A DNA stretch of 63,957 nt, counting the filler, from Welwitschia mirabilis (taxonomy: Eukaryota): NCBI GenBank assembly GCA_051453625.1. It is 5 parts of one record of this genome, joined end to end, with 100 filler letters (N's around TTAATTAATTAA, not from the genome) between each part and the next. Parts side by side here need not be neighbours in the genome. Positions count along the whole stretch, not along the records: positions 1 to 24,995 come from JBOZIK010000001.1; positions 25,096 to 44,186 come from JBOZIK010000001.1; 3 more parts are not named here. The stretch is one strand, 5' to 3'. Position numbers and translations under genes: made by a program. The notes beneath the pieces were generated by a model. The model made no database searches. It worked only from the letters and a program-made list of their open reading frames with translations, and had not been told where the DNA came from. This document shows positions 11,081 through 25,096 of the stretch, piece by piece (position 1 is the stretch's first letter; each line of letters begins with the position of its first letter).

Positions 11081-14000
11081 CTAGAAAAATCAAACACCCC
11101 AGGCCTGCCACAGTGAGTGTTGTTTTAGAGGGAAACAAAGAGATCAAGAAAGCCTTAATTGACACAAGGGCTAGTGTCAACATCATGCCACTTCATATTT
11201 GTAAGATGTTTAAGTTGAAAAGTAGGATAGAATCAATAAAGATTATGGTGGAATTGGTGGATGCAACTATTAAAGTCATTACAGACTTGGTCATACAAAT
11301 TTACAAAGCTTTTTACCTTATAGATGTTGTTATGATTGAGGTAAAATATAATGGAGGATATCTTTTACTCTTAGGAAAATTCTTTTATATAATAGCCCAT
11401 TGAATTATAGATACACAAAATGGAATAATTGAATTCCATGAATAAATAAGAAATTTATCATTCAATTTTTTAATATGAATGAAAATGATATGTTAGAAGG
11501 TTTTGATCTTGAGTAATAAATTAGGTCTGTCATAATACTTCAACATCACCCCATGAAAGAAAGGATACTTACCTTACATAACTAAACTTTATTTGATGAA
11601 CATAAGAAATGTGAATACATCCTAAGTAGTCTTAAATACTTCATCTCTTATAACCTTAATAATGACATCCTCTAAAACAATTTAGATGAAGAAATGAATG
11701 AGGACTTTAAACCCTCCTTGTTCATGATTTCCAATGTGTTAGATCCATAGAAAACCTTCCACATTAAGATGAATGTACTACAATAATAAACAATGATTAT
11801 GAGTCAAAACTTAAGAAGTTACCTAATGGATTGAAATATATTTTATTAATAATAACCAAAAGAAACTTTTAATCATTAATTCTTGTTATTATGCTTCTTA
11901 AGAAAAGGCACTACTTCAACTTTTTACTTCTAAAATTAATGCTTTTCTTGGACTTTCAGAGATCTTTTAGCAATTCCTTCTTTTATAGTTTAACATAAAA
12001 TCTAATTGGATGACAATGTTAGACACATTAGGTATCCATACAGGATACTTAACCTTGTCCTTAAGTAAGTAGTAAAGAAGAAACCATCAAATTTATGGAT
12101 GCAGAATCATATATTCACTTTTTATAGTGAATTGTTTAATCTCTTAACCATAGTACTGAAAAAGCTAAAAATTGAAGAGTATGCATTGACTTTAGAAAAC
12201 TTAATAATGTCACCAAAAAATACTATTGTCCTTTGCCCTTTCTAGATCAAGTACATGATAAGATCCAAGGCCACTCTTACTATTGTTTCATTGATGGCTA
12301 TAGTGGTTACAACCAAGTTTGCATTGCAAGTGAAGATAAATATAAAATCACTTTTACCTTATATTTTAGTACCTTTTATTTTAGGCAAATGTCCTTTGAT
12401 TTGTGTAATGCTCCTATAACTTTTTAAATGGCCATGATGGATGCTTTTTCTTAATACCATTAAAGAATTTATAAAAATCTTTATGGATGGATTTTCTATC
12501 TTTGATTATTCTTTGAAAAAACCTTATAAAGATTAGAAAAAGTCCTCCATCATTACATATCTAATGGCCTTAATTTATCTTGGAAAAAGAGATAAGTTCT
12601 TGTTAAAAATGAGATAGTATTAGGATATTACATATTTAGTAAAAGAATTAGAATGGATCTAATAAAAATCAATATTATTAGAAACTTACTTTCTCCAACT
12701 AATGTTAAACAAATTAGAGCTTTCCATGCTCATGCTGGTTTTTGCAAAAAATTCATTAAAAAAACTATGTTTAAATATGTAAATTTTTCTATTCAAAAGA
12801 TGTTAAGTTTCATTGAAATGAATACTGTCAACATGCCTTTGAAAAAATTAAGGATAAAATCACTTTAGAACCTATAGTAGGAGGACTTGATTGGGACAAA
12901 GACATTGAACTTATGTGTGATGCTAGTAATGTGGCTATAGGTAGAGTATTGGGATAAAAACATGGGAAAGGCTATAAGGTGATTTTCTACATTAGTAAAA
13001 CTCTCTTAAGAGTTTAACTTAATTATACTACTACTACAACAAATAAAAAAAAAAGGAATATTTTTTGTCATCTTCTATCTTGATAAACTCTAATATTATC
13101 TTTTAGTTTTCATACTAATGTCTATACTAATCATGCTACTAGATGATATGTAATGAACTAAAAGATTTTAGTTCAATACTTATTAAATGAGTTCTTTAAT
13201 GCAAGAATTTAACTTAACCATCATAGAAAAAGAAGGAAAGCATAATTATGTTATTGATTATCTAACTAGAATCTCTTATGAACAACATCCTTTATACTTC
13301 TCTTTTGATATTTCTATGCTTCATGATATGCCTACATTATTAATTATCTTATTACCAAAAAAACTACCCAACATTAAACTCAAAGTCAAAGAGAATTTTT
13401 TCTTCATATAATAAGGGATTATGAGTGGAATAAATCATACTATGTTGTAAATGTAAAGATAAAATCATGCGTAAGTGTGTGATGGACTGGGAACAATGTG
13501 ATATCCTTACCCTTTATACATGGTAGTGTGTGTGGAGGTTACTTTAATAGTCAAAAGAGTTTTATGAAAATCCTACAAATTGGTTTTTATTATCTTATAC
13601 TTTTCAAATATTTACTTGATTTTACTAGAATATGTTATGCTTGTTAATGCTATGGTAGCGTTTCCAAATATGAAGACATGCCCTTCTTACCTACTCTATA
13701 ATGTGAATATTTTTTGTTGGAATAGAATAAAAAATAGAATATCTAATTCCTATCATCCATAAACCAATGATCAAGTTGAGAATTCTAACACGGAAATTAA
13801 AAAAACTCTTCAGAAACTTACTTCTAAAAATAAGAAGTCATGTTTTTTTGAAACCCAATAATGTACTTTGAACCTACTATACTACTTGTGGTAATTCATT
13901 TGATTTTTCGTCTTATAAACTTGTGTATAATAAAATATTTATTTTTCTTATTGATGTGTGTTACAACTCCTATAAAACTATCCATCACCTTAATGTTAAT

Positions 14001-17000
14001 AATTTTGATGAAAAGATTTAATGTATACTTTCATGCTATTCATAGATAACTGATCTAAATTTCCCAAGCCAAATTTCACCATGATAAAAGATTGTAATTG
14101 AATCCTTTTAACCTAATTAATTAGTACTTTTATTTAACACTTCAGTTCATCTACTTCATAACAAGTTTTATTCTAAATGGCTAGATCCTTATCTTATGGA
14201 AAAAGTGCATATTAATGGCTCTTTTGAGATTTTTAACTTAAACTCTTATGAAAAGTTAAAAATTAAATGGACAATGGTTAAATTTATATTAATTTCCAAA
14301 TCATTATCATTATACCATGAATATGATTAAAGTAATTAACTTAAATGATCCTATTATCCCAAAGGAGAATATTACCTCTTTAAATATCTAAATAATTTTC
14401 TAAATGAATCCCTTAATTGAGTTATCTTACTACTTGATCATCCATTCACTTGATTTTATGTTAAACATCATATGATTTTTTATGAAAATAAATCTTTACT
14501 TTTAGGTATTCAAGAATTTAAGAAAATCCAAGATATTCTAGTGTTTATGAACTTTAATGTGTATTATAATTTTGTTTAAGTATTAATTATTTCAAATCAA
14601 TGCTTGTTTATAACTTTGTAATTTGTTAATTTATTATTCTATTAATCAATCAATGTTTCACAAAAAAAGAGGTGAGAAAACATAAATCAATTAATAAAGT
14701 ATGATGTATAAGTGAGATATATAAAAATATATGTATCAACATAACTCTTATTAATACCATGATGTTCCCACTAGAACATTCCATATCTCTTGTGTAGTTT
14801 TTCTTTTGGCTATTTAATTGAATTCCTTCATTGTAAGGACCAAGTAAAGAGCATTCTTTATTTTTGAGTCATATATGAAGGTTGTCTTTTCTTTATCTTC
14901 CTAGTTCCTTCTATGTTTGATTTGCTTGATGGAGTTTCTTGCAGCATCTATAGTGGTTTCTATAGGTTCTAAGTATTTATCTTTAATGATTTGCTAAATC
15001 TAAAACTCATAAGACTATAGGTACATCTGCATCCTTATCTTCCAATAGGTAAAGTAAGTTCCATCAAAGAGAAGAGGTCTAATGGATGAAACCCCTTCCA
15101 TAGTTTACTTAAGAATGTTACTCGTTTTCATAAGTACTTACTTTAATACCACTTAAGGATCATTGAAATTAGAGGATAGTGTTGAATAAGGTGTACTAAA
15201 TAACATTCCTATTAAAAGAAATTAAAAATTACATAATAAAGACCTTATCAGATTAATGTGGTTCCCCACCATAGGTATGCCCACACCTACAGGGTATCTT
15301 CCTTTCACACCTCTAAATATCCTTAACTTAGAGAATCACCAAACTTACATACAACTAAGATGCTTCTCACAAGATAGTACTATCTTCCCCATAGAGATTA
15401 AAATAAACCAAAACAAAGCTTGCTTATAAGCACTCAGGAAACACACCCATATAAGGATTTCCTTATAATTTGGAATCCCAAGCAAGGAATTTTAAGAATG
15501 ATATTAAGTAATGGACTATAATAAATGTATTCAAAAATCTAATAGTGCTATAATTTAAGTACTAATAAATAATGATAAGAAAAGGAAGTAACAAGCCTAA
15601 AAGATATCACTTTAATGGCATGCTTAAGTTCTTCTTGTTATATTCATCCACAAGTATCTAAGATCAGAGTGATGCAATAGTAAGAGAGCCAATGATGAAG
15701 CAATGTATTCAACAAATGGTCCTCATCATCAAGGTTATGAAAAATTTTCATAAAAAGTATAAATCACTTATGTGTGTGTAACTAGTTTTCTTTACACTTT
15801 ATGTCTTTTATACTTTCAATGGCTTTCTTGCCTTTACCCTAGAGAGATAATGATTTGAAAAAAAATTTAAACCTTATGAAACAACTAAAAATGAGTAAAT
15901 TTTTATTATTTAATAGATTTTTTATTTTCTAGTTAATTTTTTAAAATAAATATCTTTTTCACATTAGACATATCTATCAGGTAAACGTCATTATCCTAAA
16001 AGATATCTTTAGTCAAACTATTTAGATTTCAATAAAACTTGAACTAAGCATCTCTAACCCTTGGAGATCATGAATTCATTATGTAAAAATTGCTTGATTC
16101 CTTAGAATGTAAATAATTCATCATAGTATAACTTGTATTTATTAGCTTTTTTTCTTTAAAATAGACATCTTCTATTCTATAAGCATCTTCTAATGGTTAA
16201 AGTAGTATCGATGTCTTTAATTTACTAGATTTCTTTCACCTATCTCAGCTCTTTGGTTTAGTATAGATTTCTTTGACATGATAGACATCCTTCCCTATGA
16301 CAAAGTTTAATTTAGTTTAGATGTCTTTGATATAGTAAATATCTTTAGCATAGATATCTTTATATATGCAGACATCTTTAGTTGATTGTATTTATCCTTC
16401 ATGAATTCTAAGTTTAAAAATTTTTTATACTTTAATATTTTAACTAGCTTAGTTTTATTTGCAATCTGATGTTCTTCAATCAAATTTTTCTTATTTAGGT
16501 ATTAGAGATATCACATTTGAGAAGTGAAATCATTAAAACTAGGATTTTACCAATAGACTTCCTCAATGAGGGATGATTACTTTGTAAATAGATGTAATGT
16601 ATTTTTATTTATAAAAATTAATTTATTTATCGATTTTTCCCCGTCATTATATTTGATGTTAGAATCAATTTAGTTATAATTAGATTTAATTTTTATTTTG
16701 ATATAGTATATAAGGATTAACTTAGGTTACAACAAGTTATTATTCATTCTAACATTATCATTTCATTTCCACTTCATAATTCATTACATTTTATCCATCA
16801 TTGCATTGTTACGGATTTGTCATTCTTAAATTGAATAGAAAATCATTTCTTTCACTTTTTAAATGATTCAATTTTCCTATTAAACATTGAATTTTTCACT
16901 AGTTTGCAACATTGGATTGACTTCCTATACTATTATATGTTGTGTGAATCAGATAGTAGGTTATTATTGAAGAGGATTAATTGATTTTAAAATCAAATGA

Positions 17001-17014
17001 TTTACTTCATAACA
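11081..17014 (+). mobile_element. Decayed Athila-type Ty3/gypsy copy 1 (protease, RT, RNase H, integrase, 3' LTR)
   Basis: KALIDTRASVNIMP protease; LPFLDQV..YYCFIDGYSGYNQV; FMDGFS (Athila FMDDFS); ELMCDAS; CGGYF. 16500-17014 matches the LTR end at 39560-40051. 14760-15850 may include another insertion. Confidence 0.85.
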
Positions 17015-17852
17015 AACATTAATAAAATTAACAATTACATTGGTTGGTTTACTTGAACATGGATTAATGAGGTCATAGTTTGGTTTCCAAGGTGAGTTTA
17101 TTATTCTAAAATGGTCAACTTTGACATATAGTGTAAGCTTTAGATTCTATTTTTATATATTAAAAGATTAAATCTTACCATTAATTGAATTTTGAGAATA
17201 GATGACTAATATTTTTTATGTTCTGAAAACCGTTTATGCCCTGCAAAGCGTTTATGCATTTCATTGTATTGTAGCTGGTATGATCCATGCGATAGGCTGG
17301 ATTCTATCCAACGGGCAGTCGATTGTGTGCCGCATCTTCCAGTATGGCTACCTTGTTATGACTTCACTCCAATCACTAACCCTGCCTTTGTCTTCCCCCT
17401 TCTTGCGATTAAGGTAATAACATAAAGCAGTTGTACGTGCGTAACAGGTTTCAGTTATATTGTTAGCAGTCGTGTGTGCGTCACTCAAGGGCTAGGTGAG
17501 TGGGAACCTTATGTGCCGCAGTCCCAATAACTCCCAGGAGGTCCAGGCCAAACCGGCGATGTGTTTGATGTTCAGGTCGCTTCGGCCACCACCCACCAGT
17601 AAGTCTGAGCCCTAGGAACCAAGACCCGTACCCTATACCATACAAGCCAATTCCTAAGGTCTAAAATCTCAATTCATATTTATGTTGTGTTACATTTTAT
17701 AAGACTTAACATTATACTAGGAAATGCAATTTTGAAAGAATAATTTTGAATCTTGAAACATAAGTAAGAATCTGAAATTAGAAATGAGGTAAAATTTTAT
17801 TTTTAATTTATGTCCTTTGGGTTTTACCTATGGTTTTTGTTAAATTATTATA
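17015..17852 (+). mobile_element. Probable fragment of another gypsy-type LTR
   Basis: GC-richer non-coding island with CAAGGTGAGT and CTAGGTGAGT donor-like motifs, common in Tekay/Del-type LTRs; termini not visible. Confidence 0.3.
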
Positions 17853-20800
17853 NNNNNNNNNNNNNNNNNNNNNNNNNNNNNNNNNNNNNNNNNNNNNNNN
17901 NNNNNNNNNNNNNNNNNNNNNNNNNNNNNNNNNNNNNNNNNNNNNNNNNNNNCTTCATATTTGTAAGATGTATGGGTTGGCAAGTAGAATTGAATCAACA
18001 AAAATTGTGTTGGAATTGGCGGATGCAACTATTAAGAAACCCATTGGAGTTACTAAGGACTTGGTCATACAAATTGAGGAAGCTTTTTACCCTATAGATG
18101 CAGTTATCATTGAGATAAAATATAATGGAAGATATCCCTTACTCTGAGGAAGAGCATTTTGTGCAACAGCTCATTTGTATTATTGATATATGAACCGAAA
18201 TGATGGAATGCCATGTATGAAACAAGAAATTTATTATCCAAGTCTTTGAGGTAGTTAAAAAAGATATGGGAGAAGAATCTAATCTTGAGCAACAGCTTAG
18301 ATCTACCATGCTCCTTCAACATCATCCCATAGAAGAAAGGCTCCTTACTCTACATAACTTTATTTGATGATCATGAAGAATGTGAAAACACCTTAGGTAG
18401 CCTTAATTCCTCCAACCCNNNNNNNNNNNNNNNNNNNNNNNNNNNNNNNNNNNNNNNNNNNNNNNNNNNNNNNNNNNNNNNNNNNNNNNNNNNNNNNNNN
18501 NNNNNNNNNNNNNNNNNNNNNNNNNNNNNNNNNNNNNNNNNNNNNNNNNNNNNNNNNNNNNNNNNNNNNNNNNNNNNNNNNNNNNNNNNNNNNNNNNNNN
18601 NNNNNNNNNNNNNNNNNNNNNNNNNNNNNNNNNNNNNNNNNNNNNNNNNNNNNNNNNNNNNNNNNNNNNNNNNNNNNNNNNNNNNNNNNNNNNNNNNNNN
18701 NNNNNNNNNNNNNNNNNNNNNNNNNNNNNNNNNNNNNNNNNNNNNNNNNNNNNNNNNNNNNNNNNNNNNNNNNNNNNNNNNNNNNNNNNNNNNNNNNNNN
18801 NNNNNNNNNNNNNNNNNNNNNNNNNNNNNNNNNNNNNNNNNNNNNNNNNNNNNNNNNNNNNNNNNNNNNNNNNNNNNNNNNNNNNNNNNNNNNNNNNNNN
18901 NNNNNNNNNNNNNNNNNNNNNNNNACCCTTGTCATCCTATTCAAGAACTTAGATGGAAAAATAAATCAAGGCCTTGAACCCTTCCTTGATCATGATTTCC
19001 AACATGTTAATCCATAGAAAACTTCTTACATCCACATGGACGCACTACAACAATGACTGATGACATTTTAGTTACAACTTAAGGAATTACTAAATGGGTT
19101 CAAATACATCTTCTTCAATAATGACCATTAGGAACCCTTGATCATTAAGAGTTAACTTTACCCTTCCTAAGAAGAAGCACTACTTCAACTTCTCACTTCT
19201 AAAATGAATGCTTTTGCTTGGACTCAGAAAGATCTTTCAGCCATTCGTCCTTCCATAGTTCAACATAAAATCTACTTGGAAGAAAACACTAAACCTACTA
19301 GGCAAACACAAAGGAGGCTTAACACTGGCCTTAAGCAAGTAATAAAGAAAAAAAAATCATCAAACTTATGGATGCAAGAATCATAGATGTCATTTCTAAG
19401 AGTGAATAGGTTAGCCCCTTAACCGTCATACCAAAGAAGGGTGAAAAGTGGAGAGTATGCAGTGACTTTCGAAAATTGAATGATGTCACCAAGAAAGACC
19501 ATTGTCCTTTGCCCTTTCTAGATCAAGTAATTAATAGAATTCAAGGCCACTCTTCCTATTCTTTCCTCTATGGCTATAGTGGCTACAACCAAGTATGCAT
19601 TGCAAATGAAGATCAATCGAAAACCACCTCCACCTCACCTTTTAGCACCTTTGCTTTTAGGTGTATGCACTTTGGCTTGTGTAATACACCTAGAACCCTT
19701 TAAAGAGTCATTATGGGTAGTTTTTCTAATATGTTTAAAGAATTTATAGAAATGTTTATAAATGACTTTTCTATTTTTGGTGATTCCTTTGAACAAACCT
19801 TAGAAAGACTAGAAAAGGTCCTTCATTGTTGCATATCTAGTGGTCTTCATTTATTTTGGGAAAAGAGTCAGCCCCTTGTCAAAGATGGGATAGAATTGGG
19901 ACAACACATATCTAGTGAAGGAATTAGAATGGATCTAATAAAACTTGACATTATTAGAAATCTGCCTTTTCCAACAAAGGTCAAACAAGTTAGATGTTTC
20001 CTTGGCCATGCTGGTTTTTATAGGAAATTCATTAAGAACTATGCCAAAATATGTAAACCCTTCCACTCTTTAATAGAAAAAGATGTTAAGTTTCATTGAA
20101 GTGAAGATTGTCAACTTACCTTTAAAAACCTTAAGGACAAATTCACTTCTAAAACTATAGTAGGAGGAACCAATTAGGACAACGACTTTGAACTTATGTG
20201 TGATGCTAGTACTATGGCCGTAGGTCTAGACAAAAACATAAGAAAAGTTATAAGGTGATTTACTACATTAGTAAAACCCCTTCAGGAGCCCAACTTATGT
20301 ATACTACCATAGAAAAAGAAATGCTTTCTATCATCTTGTATTTTGATAACTTTGACATTATCTCCCTGGTTTCCATCCTAATGTCTATACTGATCATGCC
20401 GTTATTCGATATTTTTTGACTAAGAAAATTTCTAGTGCAAGACTTATAATATGGGTACTTTTAATGCAAGAATTCAACTTGAACATCCTTAATAAAGAAG
20501 GAAAGCATAATTGTGTTGCTAATCATCTATCTAGAATCCCTTATAAACAACATCCTCCACATTTCTCTCCCGATCTTCCTATACAAGACACCTTTCTAGA
20601 TGAGCAACTCTTTTCCATTACGCATTTCTACTCTATCTCTTCTAAGCACCCTACCTTATGGTATACTGACATTGTCAATTATCTTGTTACTATGAAAACT
20701 CCCCAACATTGGGCTCAAAATCAAAGAAAATCTTTTCTCCATAGAACAAGTGATTATAAGTGGCATGAACCACAACTCTACTATAACTGTAAAGATCAAA

Positions 20801-22050
20801 TCATGCGTAAGTGAGTGCCAGAATGTGAACAATGTGATATTCTTACCCTTTGTCATGATAGTGTTTGTGGAGGTCACTTTTGTGGCCAACAGACTTCTAT
20901 CAAAATCCTACATGCCAGTTTTTATTGGCCTACCCTATTCAAAGATTCATTTGACTTTACTAGAAGATGTGATGCTTGTCAGCACTTTGGTAGCCTTTCC
21001 AAATCTCAAGACATGCCCCTCTAACCTATCTTAGAGTGTGAACCTTTTGATTGTTAGGGTATAGACTTTATAGGCCCTCTTAAATCATCTTCGTGGAATA
21101 TAAATTATATTTCAGTGGCCATGAATTATGTGACCACATAAGTAGAACCCATTTTTACAATCACAAATGATGCTAAAACCATATGTTCTTGTCTTTGATC
21201 CAACATTTTCCATGGGTTTGGCTTTTCTGGAATCTTGATTAGTGACCAAGGTACTCATTTTATAATCAAGGTTCTTAGGAAACGTCTCCTTTACATTGGA
21301 ATAGATCATAGAATACCTAGTACCTACCCTTCACAAACCAATGGCCAAGCTGAAAACGCTAATAAAGAAATAAATAAAATGCTCCAAAAACTTATCTTTA
21401 GATATAAGAAGTCAGGGTCTTTGAAACTCAGTGATGTACTTGGGGCTTATTATACTACTTGGTGTACGTCACCTGGTTGTTCACCTTATAAACTCGTGCA
21501 TGCTAAAACTTTGTGTTTTCCTATTGATGTGTGTTATGTTAGGATCAAAAACACCCTAGACGCTAGACAGGAAGTGAATAGGGTTTTTAAACTTTTACAC
21601 TAGAAAATGAACAGTTACATATCAATCTGAAAAAATAAAAGCATATGAAAACTGCACTAGATCTTTTATAGTTGTTCATTTCTCCAACCTACTCCACTCT
21701 TAGAGGGCAGCACAAAGCCTTGAGCCTCCTGGTTCCTTGAAATGAAAAACTTTTTCTTCCAGTACAAGCAACCCTCTATTCTAAGGTTCAGGAATTATAA
21801 TCTTTGCTCCTTTAGAGTAATACAAAGAAGAGAAGAATAGTCTGATGTCTATTGAGTCTAATGAGCATAGATCATCAGCATTGAGTACAACTTGAAAGAT
21901 TAAGATTTACTTAGTTCAGAGCACTGGTCCAATAAGAAAAAGAAGAACTTTCTTTTGATATGATCACAATAGATTTCCAAAGGTCAGACCAGTGGTGTTT
22001 TCTTCATTGATCAATACATTTTTATGTTTAGCACTCAAGGAGGTAAAGAG

Positions 22051-23076
22051 TGTTAGGATCACCAAATACCCTAGAGGGGGGGTGAATAGGGTTCTAAAAA
22101 TCCATTTACAAAACAAATTAAACTTGACAATTGAATACAAGAAACAATACAATAGAAGCACTCTACCGATTTATAGTGGTTCAGCTCTCCAAGCCTACTC
22201 CACTCACAAGAGGCAGCAAAAAGCTTTCAGCCTCTTGGTTGCTTTAAGCAACAGTGCAACACCACCACCCCCCTTTAGCAAAAGGCTCCAATTACAACAG
22301 ATGCTCTTCCCTGAGCAATGATCACAATTGAAAAGAATGATCTGATGATTTGTAAGCCTCCTAGCTTTGATACATCAGTAAGACATACAAGTGGAGAGAA
22401 TAATTTACATCAGTTTGGAGCAGAATGATTCTCCTTATCACAACAAAGTCAAGTTCTCCTTTCTAGTACAACAATTCCGTATTTTCAAAATCTATGAAGG
22501 AAATATTTATAGATGTTATACTGAGGAGACTCTTCTAGGAACCCTTACATAGGTTACAGGGCCAAGCCAGACCTTTGATTAGTCGTTTGTGCTTTGATAC
22601 GAGTGCCCAAGTTCGTTTTCGCTTATTTCCGCACGCCAACGGATAGTCCGTTAGATGTCCCAAGTTAAAAAGTCGGACGTCCCAATTTTAATCAGGATTT
22701 TAGAGGTATTCTGAAACAGGTTCAGACGGCCCGAGAAAGGAGGTTGGACGTCCCAATATATATGTACTGATTACAAGGTCGGATGTCCCGAGGTTGAGAG
22801 CCTGAAGTCCCAGTATATTTTACCAGGTACAAGGTCGGACATCCCAGTATATTTTACCAGTTACAGGGTCAGACGTCCCAAGGCTGATAATCGGACGTCC
22901 CAGTATATTTTACCGGTTACAAGGTCGGACGTCCCGAGGCTGATGGTCAGGGGTCTCGGTATATTTTTCAAATTTTTCTGAGTTTTCTTGACTGATTTTG
23001 CTCTTCAAGATTTGAGCTGTGACTTTGACCTGGGAATAATTTTGTCGTCTTCATCATTGAAATAGACTTGTTCTCA
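22051..23076 (-). mobile_element. Related SIRE-type LTR inserted inside the LTR that starts at 21537
   Basis: Begins TGTTAGGATCACCAAATACCCTAGAGGGGGGGTGAATAGGG, carries a GGACGTCC array at 22650-22950 and ends TCATCATTGAAATAGACTTGTTCTCA like the 36070 end. Confidence 0.75.
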
Positions 23077-25096
23077 AGTGACATGTCTTACACATGGCAC
23101 ATTTCTTGGTGTTGTTTTTTTAAATTCATATCATATACTCTATCTTATTTTAATTTTATATACTTGCTATTTATATCCTAAGTTTCATTGTTATAATGTA
23201 ACACTTTAATCTTAATATGTTTTATATAATATTTGTTTATTATTTACTTCGGAAAAGCATAATTGGAAGTTACATTTTATATTATCTCTCCACAACTCAA
23301 CCTATGCACATTGTGAAGGCTTCTATGAGCAAAATATCATTTTATTTTTAATTAATCTTGTATAATTGCTATGATTATAATACGTTTGTCTAATGACAAA
23401 ATAATATAATGATGTTTTCTTCATATCAAATGTTCTCTAGCTGTTTCATCTCTCATCTAAGATCTATGATTGGCTTTATAAGGTTTTCATCATTACATAA
23501 TGAAAGGTTACAGATTCTTATGGATGGTATGAAAACATACATTATTTGTGTCTTCTTTAACATCTTGATTTAAATTGTTAAGTTTTCTGCGTGTCTTCAC
23601 ATGATAGATCTTTAGTCCATAAGAGGCCTAGACCTTCTACGTCACTTCAAGGAACATACAACATTGTACTTATTGTAGAATTGAATTCACACCAGATTTT
23701 AGATCCTTAAGGACATTCCTAGGGCGTTTTCATCCCCTATCAAATTTTTAAAGGTTTGATTTATTGATGGCACTAGGAAATGATCTTTCTAGGTGGGTTC
23801 ATGGAGTAACCTAAAGTCTCTGCACATTACCATCTCTTTTGGGTGTGAGCTGACTTGAATTTATCTGTATCGATCCTGCTCTAAGAAACATGCTAATCTT
23901 CTCTCTCTTGATCTTGGGGGAAAGATCTTTTCAACCTTCAAGCTTGAAGGTATCTGTGTTTTATGTTTGGGTGCATATGAAGCCAATATGGAAATAAGTT
24001 TAATAGTCTTTTACATTAACTTCTGCTTTTGTTGACATGTCTAATCTGGAGCGATATTAACAAGTTAAACCTAACTCCAAAAATGTGTATTCAAAATGTG
24101 GGATAATTTCTTTTAATCCAGTTTTCACTTCAACATGGTGTGTGAGAAAATCAACAAATGAATTTTGTTTATTTTGTTCAGTGATCAAAACAATCGCGAT
24201 TGGAGATTTATCAGGAGAAGTTCCAGACTAGGAATGGAGATTGATCGAGAGGGGTTCCATGGTGGTATTGAAGATTAAGTAAGCAACAAAAGGGATCAAA
24301 TTGGGAAAAAATTCTGTAACATGCGATAAAATATGAAAAAGAAAGTGATTTTTTAAAAGAATAATTCAACTTGAATATGCTTATACATATTACAAAACAT
24401 GCATAAAAAATACTACTACGCATACAATTTCAATATTTTTAAATCCTATGATAAGATGAATAAGAAACAAATTGAAGGCAAAAGTTTTGTTTTGTTCGTT
24501 CATTACAAAACAACCAAACTGCAAATGAGAAGTGAAATGAAAACATAGAAAGTCAAAATAAGGGTCAACATGAAATAGGGTAAGAAAGCAGAAAATAAGA
24601 AGTCAAAGATACCTAAACTCTGAATCCTAGCAATCTAAAACCCAATGAACATTAAACGAATCAAATTTTGAGTTTGAATTATTCTTTAACAGGTTTCTTG
24701 TTCACCATCAATGTCAACTCTATAGGTTTATGTGTGCAGCAGCTCTCTTCTCAAGGGTCTTTCAACTGGTTTTTTCATAGCAGGTCTCTTCTTAAGATGC
24801 TGGGCAGTGGGTCCAGGGTAGTTTTGTTTGTAGAGATAATTGGTTTCAATGATGAGCAAGGACTAGCAACAACGCATCGTTTCATGTGGAAAATTAGAAG
24901 CTGTGCCAAACGGGACGTCCGCATCTCAAACTTGGATGTCCGACTCTGGACACGGTCCAAATGTATGGGGACGTCTGCCCGGCTAACTGGGACGTNNNNN
25001 NNNNNNNNNNNNNNNNNNNNNNNNNNNNNNNNNNNNNNNTTAATTAATTAANNNNNNNNNNNNNNNNNNNNNNNNNNNNNNNNNNNNNNNNNNNNA

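Noticed and set aside
10903-11403. 166-aa ORF fusing hAT, Arg-rich and protease sequence
   Set aside because: Chance read-through across three adjacent TE fragments; no evidence of a functional chimera.
25040-25051. TTAATTAATTAA inside N runs (also near 44231, 58540 and 62861)
   Set aside because: Identical six-frame-stop spacer between equal N blocks; an assembly linker, not biology.
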